Shown piece by piece: positions 46,942 through 58,268 of a DNA stretch of 64,000 nucleotides. A model generated the notes under the pieces. It saw nothing but the letters and a program-made list of their open reading frames with translations, searched no databases and had not been told where the DNA came from. The position numbers and the translations under genes were made by a program. The number at the start of each line of letters is the position of its first letter. Within the stretch, counting starts at the first letter, position 1. Source of the DNA: Marsupella aquatica (lineage: Eukaryota; Plantae; Marchantiophyta); contig OZ316897.1 in the NCBI GenBank assembly GCA_973895155.1, positions 6,872,470 to 6,936,469 on the forward strand, written 5' to 3'.

Positions 46942-49906
46942 AAAATGTGGTGCGTCCCCTGCCTCCCCAAACCAAAGAAACCCCCTTGCTCAAGCCGATT
47001 CCCATAGGTTTCGTCCTTGGCGAGGCCGTTTCCGCGGCTTAGCGACATGGGACGCTGCTAATTTCTCCTTCAACTACTTCTCTTAACATTTTACACACAT
47101 ATACTGGACAGATCCTTCATCGGGTCATGAGATACTTAGCCGGCCTATTCTAGTCCCTCCCTTGTATTCCTCTCCTGGTCTTCCATTAGGTATGTTTGGA
47201 TTCCGCCGCTGGAATGATCCCCAATTGGCTTGGTTAAGCCGCTAAGACCTCTCTCAGCTCGACACATCCAACTCTCACTTCCCTGCTTACTTCTATTCCT
47301 CTATTAGTTGATGTGGGCACTCTTCACACGAGTTAATGCGACACACAAATAGCAAAACGACTCCTTCTGACTGAGTTATACCATGCACTTGTAATACAAA
47401 CAGTACATCTTATACACAAGCTCTACGAACTAAGCCGTGAGGCCAACTCTATTCAGTTCTTAGGTATGAGGAAACATGAATATACACAAGGGTCACTGTA
47501 TAACTAACCGAGAGCTTCTCTTACTACTTGATCCCAGCCCTGCTGGTGCAACTAAAAACTTGCTAAAGAAGAGGCCCTGAACTCCCCGCAGCCCAGGTAC
47601 TTATCCTGGTTGTGGATCCGCCTGATTCCTTGTAGCGTAAGCCTAATCTATTGTAATCTACCTAACTGTAATCTACCTATATACAGCGAGGCAGGAGCAC
47701 AAGTGTCACCCTCACCCGTGGATCCAAAATCCCACTAATCTAAGTGTCAGGGCCGTCTCCTGGTCCTGATCCTAAGTCTAAACTAACTTGGAGATCAGCG
47801 CCCGCCCTGCCCACTCACGCCTCCTACCTCCACGTCCGCCCTCCCTAAAAGGGACGGCGCCCTTACACCGTCACGACACCGGTGGCGGGTCCTCAATGAA
47901 CGCCCCCAACGCTTCCTCCGCAACCACTGCCGTTGATCCGTCCGCTGATAGATTACCTGCCCCTGACCGAGTCAACTCTTCATCGGCCTGACTGGGTCCA
48001 CCCTCGGCTTTGGCCTCAGCATCGGTCACGACCTCTGATACGGCTACGGCCTCCCCGACATGTTCTAGTGGAGGATTCGGTACCTCGGCAGCATTATTGG
48101 TTCTCCCAGTCTCGGCCTTGCCATCTCCATTTCCTAGGACTGGTGGATCCACTGCCGTGCCGATGCCGGAGATTGGTGTTGGGTTTATCTTCTCGGTCAC
48201 AACGGCTTGAGAAGCCGTATAACTTCCAGACCTAGAAGGTTTCTGCTTCTTCTTCTTCCCTATTTCGACAGCCGGTTCCTTCCCCTTGCCACTTACCTCC
48301 AGCACCGGGGTGAGTGTCCCAGCTTGTCCTGCGGCCAATACTACCCCTGGTAACTGGGTTCCCCCAATTGGAGTTGGACCTGATGAAGCCAAGCATTTAA
48401 ATACTGCGGCTTGTGTCTTCAGCCTCTTCGTTTGGTTGTCAGCCCGCCGCTGTAGGTTCTCCATCTTCCTCGTGATTTCCTCCAACTCCTCCTGGGTCTC
48501 GTCCAGGTCCTTGTGCGCCTCCTCCAGCTCCTTATTGGCTTCCTCCAATTCTTTCTTTAAGGTAGCCCTCTCCTCCTGGGTTGCTCTTAGCTCCTTGTCG
48601 AGCTCCGCTACGACCACAGACTCCATCTTATTCATCTTGGCATAAGTCTAGTCGAGCTGGTCGTCCTTTTCACGCAGGTCGGCCTTGAAGCTGGCCGTCA
48701 AGGACGCAAGCTCCTGCTGCAGCGTAATAATCCCTTGATAGGATTTCCCTAACTCTGCTTCCTTCTGCTCAAGGGCTCCACGGATATCTTCAAGCTCTCC
48801 TTTCAACGCCCTCTCCCTTCTCTGAGTCTCCGCATGGTCCGGTTGTTGGCGGTTAAATGGGCCTCCTCTGCGTCCTTTAGCTCCCGCTTCCATTTCTCTC
48901 TTTCTTTGATTGCGCCGAACCAACTCTCCTTGGGTCTGAGTCAGTTTATCTTTGATAATCTGATTGTCAGACTGAGCGGTATCCAACTGCCCCTGCATGA
49001 TGTTTAGCTCATGCCGCTTAATCCGCAACTCATCTTGGGCTTTCTTGGCCGCCTTCAGGTCTTCCACCTCGGCTTCCATCTCCCTAAGCCGCCGGATGAC
49101 CTCGTCCTTCTTGCTTCTCTCCAAGGCCACCGCTTCTTCTAATCGGTGCTTTTCCAACATCCCCCTCTGGAAAAAGGGTCCCTGCTCCAACTCCTCCCCA
49201 AAGATGCTGAGCGCCAGGTCCCCACACATCTCCCCGTACTCCATGGCTCTATCCTTAGCATAGGTGGAGTAACTAGAAGTCATCGGCATCAACCACCGCG
49301 GCCTCTGCTCCCAAGCCGTCTTGCGGATTTCTTCTATGGTGGCAAGAGGGTTGCTTCTTTTTTTGGCAAGCCGCCTGATGTCCTCCGGCCAATCTCCTCC
49401 TGGTAAATCCTTCTCTCTAGCCAGGGCTGCCTTCTCTTCCTCCCTAAGTCGCTCCCGAAATTCTTGTGCCGTCTGCTTTATGCCGTCAAAGCTCGGGGGA
49501 GCAACCTCTGGTGGGGGAGACTCGGGGTTACTCTGTAAGTAGTGAGTAATTCCAAAAGTATAAAGAAACTGGGAATTTTTTTTAAAAAATTGAGGTATAT
49601 AAACTATGTTTACTGCTAACCGTAGAGTAAACTGCATTCCGACTAAACTCTGACAATTTACAAGTCTCTAAGTAAACTTCTTACGAGTTTACTAGTTTAC
49701 TTGATTACGGGTTTACGGGTTGACGAGTATCGACCACGAATGTAATTACTGGATTACGGGCTTACGAGTTGACGACTTACGAGTTAAGGGTTACAAGTTT
49801 GCGGTGTGCGAAGGAGCCTTACGATCGCGACGTCTTACGGCTATCTCAATGGACCTTTCTACGGGTTGGGAGTATGCGACGAGAGCAGCTAAAGCGCAAT
49901 AGAGAA

Positions 49907-52420
49907 ATGCGCCTTGTTAAGATCTCTTCTGCCTCTATCTTATTCCACGATCTTAGTAGCAACTCGAGCAACAAGAACATCCGGAGAACCAGCTATGGCA
50001 GACCTCGAGCTGATGAGCAGTACCGCGTTGAATCCCTGGTGTTTCCCAAGGCAGTGTTGGTCCGAATCCCACAGGCGCCCGATAGCTACACCAATTTAAG
50101 GATGATGCTACAGCAACTGGGGTTAGAACTCCTCTTGCATATACCATGGAATGTGGAGTTAGACACATACTTGCAAGATTTTGTCAAAGGCACTACTATT
50201 TCCCCTGAATTCCATCAAACAATCCGAGCTCAACCAAGTCTGTGGACAGTAGAACAGATTTCTTTTGCCTTTGGTTGCTCATCAGAAGGATCGGCATTGT
50301 ATTCCAAGAAGGACTTGTCATCTCCTTACTTCTCTGGAATCAGAAACCTGGCAAATGGATGGAATCTGACTCAGTGCAATTACCCTGATCTGAGAATTCT
50401 TTTGGAATTTCTAGTACCCATTCTCCATCTGAAAAAGCCAACTATCTGCCCTGTGTCCTTGGCTAACACTATTGTAGCTGCTCAAAGTGGAGTTATAAAA
50501 GTAAATTGGGCCCTACTTTTATTTAACGTTATGAAAGATCAAGTGAGGAGCTTGAAAGCAGGGAGGACTACTTACTTACAACATTATCTCTCTCAACTCT
50601 ATTATACCTATGACTGTTTACATTTTGAGGAGAGAACAGAAAGGGGATTACTTCTGATCGAGATGGGCATTGAGGAAGAAATCGATGTGGAAGAACCAGT
50701 GGATGCCATTTCCCTGAAATCCAATAATGAGGATATTGATATGGATATAGAAAATGTATCTGTAGGAGATCTTGAAGCTTTGCCTGAACACAACTTGGAG
50801 TTAGTCCACCACCCTCTGAATAACCAAGTGTACTCACGAGAAGTCAGCATGGGAGAACAACCTGCAGCTGAAGAAGATGAAGAGGATGAAGACCTCTTTG
50901 AGCAACAAGAGCATATTGCGGAACCAACAATTGCTGTCATCCTAAGGACCAACTCGCCCACTCCTTCGAAAGCAGAATCAAATCAGCAACTTATTGATAA
51001 GTTGATATCTCTTCTCAGTTGTAGTGATGATGGACTCTATGATGCTGTTAATGATTTAAGAATGGAAGTTGTCAGCTTGCAGTCACCATTCCCTGACCAG
51101 TTAAGCCCTATCAGGATGATCTCCCCCCCAGGAGAATCAACACCAATGGAATATGTGACTCTCACCCTTGCTACTCAACAGGTCCCTCTTCTAAAAACAA
51201 GTGACCTTGTTCCAGTGACAGAAGGTATCAGTTGTGCAGCTATCGTAGATGATCTACTAGAGATACTACAGTGTGAACCTCGACAGATAACATCTGTGGT
51301 CAGCAACTTAGTGCAGCAATGTCCAACTGCTACACCTTCTCTTAGTCCAAGTTCCCACCCTTACAGTCTTGATTCCAACTACGAACCCACAAAAGGACCG
51401 CTCTACAATCAGCCACAGTATGAGCATCCTTACGTTCGAGAGGATCTACCTGAAGATTCTGATCCACCCTCTGATTTTAATTCCATTCGATCTTATGATA
51501 ACTCCTTAACACCGTCACCAAGGCAGGGATTTGAAGATGTTGATACTGCCTTAAGATCCAATCCAAACTTAGTAGCAGTTATCACCTCGTCTACTCAGAC
51601 CCCCCGGAATGCTGTTATCGAGAACAAATACCTGAGACCCCCCGAATTCCAAGTACGCAGGTATGTGGAAACCTGTAAGATTATGCAGGCCAACAGACCA
51701 CCGGTTGGAGAGTTCTAAAGATATTATTATATCAAGAAGACGGAGGCCAGTTATATCTTCGACCTCAGGTGTTTTGGGACTTCCAGGGTGGAGATGGCAC
51801 AATTTGATGAGTTCTGGACTGACTCTCTCTACTTCCGACCTACTCTTGCTATGATGCTACTTCAAGGTGATGTGGAGGTAGAGGATCCAGATTTGGTTTT
51901 GGCATACTTCGGAAACTTTGCAGCCTATGCCCTGGATTTTGTGATTTCTTTCCTGATGCAGAGTAAGAAGTCTACTGCTCTACAACATGATTACATTCCT
52001 CAAGAGCCCAAAGTTACCCTTGTTTCAACCAGTTCATTGGCTGAGAAATAGAGGATTTGGAATAATGTCACCACTCAGACCTTGACACACTTCAACCGGT
52101 ACTTCAGAGATGTCAGATGGAGACTTCGACCTTTCTATTCTAGGATGATGAATAGTGATGAGTTCCTGTATCATTATCCCCAAGTATATGCTGCTACCTG
52201 CAACAACTATGATGTGATCGGAATGTACAGAGAAGCTCTTCGTATAGATTCATGTTATTTGATGAAGAGAATGCCTTTGATGTATCCTGAGAGACAACTG
52301 AGATGTCTACCTTACTCCAGAGGATCCCCACGCCAAGCTGAGCTAATCGAAGGTACACAGAATCGAACTGTTACCCTTGTGGAGTTACTCGAACCAGAGG
52401 ACATCCGACAACAAGCTTGA
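49907..52420 (+). pseudogene. LTR-encoded accessory protein, family C (about 840 codons; in-frame stops at 51716 and 52049)
   Basis: Three same-frame ORFs. GLELLLHIPW...DFV...WT...FAFG...NGW...C.YP...LEFL is homologous to the A and B LTR ORFs. Confidence 0.78.
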
Positions 52421-53074
52421 AGAAGTCTTCAAGTGTTTTTAGTTAGTTTTTAGAGTAGTGCATCTCATCTGATTTTTATAAAAGCATTCTAGAGCTTTGG
52501 AAGCTGTCATACTTCTTTTGTGTATAGTCTGTACCTAGGAAAACCTCCTGGAAAAATCTCAGAGTTTTCTGACTTATAGTTAGGAAGTTAAAAATAGTTG
52601 AATTCATCAAGTCTTTACTTTACCGCTATTACGAGTTACAAGTCAATGACTTTACGAGTTTACGACTTTTACGAGTTTACTAGTTTAATAGTTTACTAGT
52701 TTACGAGTATAAATCATTTACTGTTAGAATACACTTAACTCTAACTCATAGAGTGATACAAAGGGGTATATAGGGACTAGATATAGAGGGTCATGAGACT
52801 AGGAGAAGGTAGTTATAACCATCCAATGTGTAACACCTTATAAGCCACATTGGCTCATGAAAGCATTATCCTTGTGTTGTTGGTGTATGAACTATAACCA
52901 TCATCTAACACGTTATCAGCACACGATTTTGCTCCTCCAACAACTCTCGAGCTACTCATAGGCCCCTTGTGATTTTTTTTTTTCCTATTCCTGTGAACGA
53001 AGCATCGAACGACATTCCCCAAGACACATCTTTCTTTTCTTTTGCCAATTACACCACAAAAATTTTCATCGACT

Positions 53075-54870
53075 ATGACAACATTGGAGAAGCTCCAATT
53101 CCCATTGCTCGCAACAGATGGCGACAATTATTTCTCTTGGGCACAGAATACAGAAATTGTTCTCAACATGAAAGGCCTCGGCGACATTATCTTAGCAGAT
53201 ATCAATGGCACATTACAACAAAAGGCTCAGGCACTGTATATCATTCGCCATCACCTCGCTGCCGAACTACAACTTGAATACCTTACAGAGTTTAATCCCC
53301 GAGCCCTATGGGACGCTCTCAAATTGAGGTTCGACCATCTGCGCCTAATTTCCCTACCAGCTGCACAAAATGAATGGATTCATTTACGAGTTCTGGACTA
53401 CCCTACAATTGCCAAATTCAATAGCGCCTTATTTCGGATAACTGCTCAGCTAGCAGCCTGCGGCGAACCAATCGATGAAGCAGCAAAGATCGAAAAGACT
53501 CTTTCTACATTCTCGGCAGCGAACATGCAATTATCGCAGATTTATAGACAACGCCATTTCACCCAATTCTCAGATTTGATTGCAGTCATGCTCCTGGCTG
53601 AAAAGAATGACCTCCTCCTTTTGAGGAACTCTCGCGAGCGACCACCAGGCACGCTTCCTAAACCGGAAATACAATTCACGAATACCAATAGAGGTAATTC
53701 CTCCCACAATCGACCTCGTGGCCAATTTAAAGGCAACCCAAGTCGTTTCAATAAATTCCACAAGAGACAACAATTTCGCACAGACAAAGGCAAAAACTTC
53801 AAGCCTCCCATGAATTCTTGGCATCGTAACCCCAACCATCTGCCAAATAAACCTGCACAGAATTATCCCACAAATAATCAACCCAAGTGCTTCCGTTGCG
53901 GTGGGACAGGGCATATCCAAAAGAATTGCAGAGTTCAAGCCCACCTAGTCAAACTATACCAGGCCTCCCTCACAACATCCAACACCTTAACAGCCGCACA
54001 CCACTTGGAGATCGACGACGATCTCTCCAGATACACGCTTGCACCTCCCCCACCAGAGGTTCATATAATATCACATGAAGTAAATGACACATCTCTCGCC
54101 GGTGCTGATATTTGCATTCTTGACAGCGGCACTTCTCACTCAATCCTAAAAGACAAATGTTATTTCCAGCACATATACCCATCAAATAGACCTGTGACTA
54201 CTATCACAGGTATAAACCAATTAGAGGAAGGCCATGGACCTGCCCAACTTACCCTTCCTCAAGGCACAACCATTAAAATTGCATCTGCCATATATGCCCC
54301 ACTCGCGACACGGAACTTACTAAGTTTCCATGATGTCCGCCAAAACAATCTCCATATACGCTCGGCACCCGACAACCACATAAACTCTCTACAGATTTTT
54401 CGAGAAACTGATAATGGCCCCATCACACTAGAGACATTACCACTCCATCCCCCCGGCGTTTATGCCACTAAGATCATGTCTTACAATTCCCAACGACAAC
54501 CCTTATCACCCATAGAACTATGGCACTTCCGCCTTGGCCACCCTGGCCCAGGAATGTACCACAAAATCCTCAAGAACACCACGGGCATTCCCCAAGGAGT
54601 CCATCCATCATCTAAACATGAGACATGCATCCCATGTGCACAAGGCAAATTGATTACAATGCCTGCCACCACTAAAAACACCTACCACATACCTGATTTC
54701 CTCTCACAGATAAACGTGGATGTCTGCGGCCCAATAGACCCACCAAGTGGACCATTTCGGTTCTTCCTAGTGATGATATGCTCATCCACGAAATGGTCCT
54801 CGGTCTCACTAATCTCCACCCAAAATCTGGTACTTGCTCGCCTACTAACTCAGATTATACGCCCAAGAAC
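53075..54870 (+). pseudogene. gag-pol: copia gag-protease-integrase N-terminus, truncated
   Basis: GDNYFSW...IIRHHL...EYL (Bianca-type gag); CFRCGGTGHIQKNC; CILDSGTSHSI; WHFRLGHPG...CIPC; DVCGP. RT and RNase H are missing. Confidence 0.9.
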
Positions 54871-55560
54871 TCATTTTTTGGTTTTTTTTTTTTTGATTTT
54901 TTTTCGGTCCGTACGCCCGTCTCGGCGAGGTCAGCCGAGATTGAATCAACCTCGGTTGCCCAGCTGAGATGAGCGGAAGGTCGAAGGCCCCATCTCAACT
55001 CCTCAACTGAGATTTAAAAAAATTTGAGATAACTGATATCAGCGACTGATATCAGTTATCAGTCACTGATAACTGATGATGTTGTGTACCCCATGAATAT
55101 CTTGTATGAATGTCAATTGGATTTGTGATATATATCGAATGTTCCTTTAAGTTTTCATTCAGCAAATCTATTGAATGGCTTTGTAATGTATGAGTTTTAT
55201 CTATCATGATCACTTAAATTTTATTTTTTTCCAAATTTTTTTTCAGTCCGTACGCCCCATCTTGGCGAGGGCAGCTGAGATGGGGAAAAAAATTTCAAAT
55301 TTTTTTTTTCAAAATTTTTTTTTTCGGGAAATTTTTGGGGGGATTTTTTTGGGGGATTTTTTTTTGGTCCATACACCCATCTCGGCGAGGTCAGCCGAGA
55401 TTGAATCAACCTCGGCTGTCCAGCTGAGATGAGCGAAAGTTCGAAGGCCCCATCTCAACTCCTCAGTTGAGATTCTAAAATTTTTAAGATAACTGATATC
55501 AGTTATCAGTCACTGATATCAGTTATCAGTCACTGATAACTGATGATGTTGTGTACCCCC
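54871..55560. repeat. Foreign duplicated ~190-bp unit (about 54905-55091 and 55366-55560) with T-tracts and ACTGATATCAGT palindromes
   Basis: Direct repeat visible in the sequence, with a partial third copy at about 55246-55282. Confidence 0.75.
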
Positions 55561-58268
55561 ATCCAATGTGTAACACCTTATAAGCCACATTGGCTCATGA
55601 AAGCATTATCCTTGTGTTGTTGGTGTATGAACTATAACCATCATCTAACATTTACGAGTTTACTAGTTTACGAGTTCAGACTTAGTCATTTTTCCGACTT
55701 TTCACTCATAGTTTTGTAGTTTTAAAATTTTGAGGGGTATGAAGAGGCATGTCTCTTCGACCCTGTGACCTCTTACTCTGTAGATTTTTACTATAAGACC
55801 CCTCTACCACTAGTGTAGATTATGGTAAAGTCTAGCAATTTTTGCCTTTCCTTGGTGTTCTGCCAGTTGATCATGAATGTTAAGAGTTCGAGATCAAGCT
55901 TGACACCAGGAGAAGACTTTCCTCCTTCTTGTGGTTTAATCCTTTGAATAAATCATGGGAAGTAAAATTCCAATTGTGTAAATCTTATGAGATATGATGA
56001 CAGATTCCTCTTGGGTGACTCATTATAATCTCCTGAGTTCTTGGAGTTAACTCACTGAGTTTAAGTCTTATTTGAAATTGATGGATTTTCTTTCATGTTG
56101 CTTAGTACCATCTAAATATTGAAGTAGCTACCTTTTAGATCTTATCTGAGTACCATTTAGAAAGAAAGGATAAGACATGTTGACGGCATTTTAAAAGGTA
56201 CTCTAGTAAGCAATTTAGATCTGAAAAGCAATATGGATTTGTATCCTTAAGTCTTTTCATTTTGACTTATGTCTAAGGAGTAACCTTGGAATATTCCAGA
56301 CTCCCTTAGCATACTTTAAGATATTTTTCCTTGTGTTTTGTTAACATTCCCTTTTCATTAATTTATGGTTACATGATGCTGAGTTGTCATTAAAAACCAC
56401 TCACCGCTGTGGAGCGATCTTCAAAATACCTTATTAAAGTAATCAATTCTGATTACTATGTGTTAAAGAGAGTTCTTAAACTCTCATTTGTGTTTTTATG
56501 TATCAAATCAACCCCATCTTGTTCTTTACAGGAACGAATACCGAGTTTGAAGACCTTTAAGTGTGATTTTGGTTCTTCATAGCAAACTACATACTCTGTT
56601 GGGTGGGGTCCCCTCGAACTACTCTTGGAAGCGTGAGGATAAATCGGCCACAGGTCCTTACTCCTGGAACATGATGATCCGACCCATAGCCGGAGTTATC
56701 ATTGCTGTAGTCCTCCACTGCCTCCTCCACTACTTGGACTCCCGACTCCTCTGCCTCTGATTCAGGGCTTGAGGCTCTCACGTACATTCGCACTCCCGGC
56801 TTGTGTTCTGGCCTCAATCTCTCCTTGGTTCCGGTAAAGGGGTTTTCCCTTCTGAGTCGGCTTAGGTCGACCTCTGGGGCAGCGTCTTGTATTGGTGCCG
56901 TTGCCGTTGCCGTTCTCTTTTCTTTCTCTAGGAGATTTTGCATGCCTGGTTGCTGCATTGGCAAGTCTTCTTTCCTTGGCCTAAACACCTGCTCGATCGT
57001 CAGACTGTCGGGCTGGTTGGGCTTCTCTGGTGCCAGCCCCTGCTCCGGAACTTCCTCCGGTGCCCTTACCGATAGGGGAAGTACTAGGGCAAAGATTTGA
57101 CTTCTGGCATACCGGCACAACAGCGGCATGTGATAGCCAAGCCGGGACACGCTTCCCATGCCGATCACCTGCTGTTCCTCCTTCAAGATCTTCTTCAGTT
57201 GGTTGAGGAGGTACCCGTTGTAATCCCGGCTTGGGTCTGGCCTTTCTGCCAAGTAGACCCGAGCCTTGCCGATCTCTGCCCTTGGCAAGTTACAATGCAT
57301 GGTCACCCGCAAGAAATCGATCATCTCTCCGATGTGCGGGTTGGTGCAGGTGTTCCAAAAGAAGCCATTCTTCGTTGATGGTCCTGGGAACGACTGGAAC
57401 TCCTTGTTAGGTAAGGTCTTTCTGGTATCAACCTTGGTCTTATTACCCATCGGCAAGCCAAACACCTCAGCAATCACCCGAGGAGTGAGATAGAAATCCT
57501 TCCCATACACCCTCGTGGAATTGGTCCCGGGTTCCCATGATCCCACGAATTCTAATAAGTCTGAGTCCGACACCTCCGGCTTCAGCCATGGTAATCTTAC
57601 GAAGGCTTCCAAGCCGGATCCGGCCATGAAGCCCTGGTACTTCTTGGTCTGCATGGCCGTAAAGCATGCATCCTCCTCCCGTGCAAAGTGTAATTGCACT
57701 TCCTCTGGTAGGGTCGCCGCCCAGCCTTTCCAGGTGTCATCGTTTGTTGGAATGGCATTGATGGGATCGACCTCTTCCTCTTTGGCTTCTCCCTGCCTGC
57801 TGCTCTGCTGCTCTGCTGGCTTCCTTGGTGCTGCCAACCTCGTTCTTTTTGCCGGGGTGGCCTCTTCATTGTTGTTTCCTTTCCTCTTCATCTCGGCTGC
57901 CGTGGATGTTTCTCCTAGCAAGGTTGCCTTTGTCCACCCCTCCGTGTTACCCTTCAACTCCTAGTGTAGGTCGTTGCAGCGATTGATGGCTTTCTATATG
58001 CCGACAATTCTATTTTCGCAAAACAGAAGGTCATCAAGCTGATTGGCAGTAGGAGTCCACAAGAACTCGGCCTTGATAAGTTCTCCTCCTAAGAAAGCCG
58101 TCTTCTGCAGTTCCCAGAGCCGAGCGAGTTCCTGCCGTTCTCGAGCTGCTCTCTCCGGTCTTCGTCCTTATAAGTCCTGACGTACTCACCTGCCCGTTTG
58201 AACAGGCATCCCCAAAAATGTGCTGCTTGATTGATGTTGCTCATACCCTCCTTGAGTCGATCATTGGT

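Larger units (their letters stand above)
52722..55650 (+). mobile_element. Ty1/copia Bianca-lineage retrotransposon, internally deleted
   Basis: 189-bp 5' LTR TGTTAGA...TCTAACA (52722-52910); partial identical 3' LTR (55559-55650); TSD TTTAC; PBS CGTTATCAGCAC, the Bianca-type half-tRNA-Met primer site. Confidence 0.88.
49534..56591 (+). mobile_element. Solo LTR, family C (about 4.1 kb without the nested copia), ORF-bearing
   Basis: TGTA...TACA termini; TSD TACTC at 49529-49533 and 56592-56596; no gag/pol of its own; TATATAAA at 49596. Confidence 0.82.
19793..58268 (-). mobile_element. Ty3/gypsy family A variant (A'), nearly complete, with five nested insertions
   Basis: Order is 5' LTR, PBS, gag, PR, RT, RH, INT, PPT, 3' LTR, with two near-identical LTRs. 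No chromodomain and no extra archaeal-type RNase H, which suggests an Athila/Phygy-like non-chromovirus. Confidence 0.92.
46946..58268 (-). repeat. 5' LTR of A', split into 46946-49533 and 56592-58268; carries LTR-ORF remnants (47871-49533, 56592-58268)
   Basis: Near-identical to 19793-23500. Interrupted by solo LTR C and by A copy 3. Confidence 0.88.
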
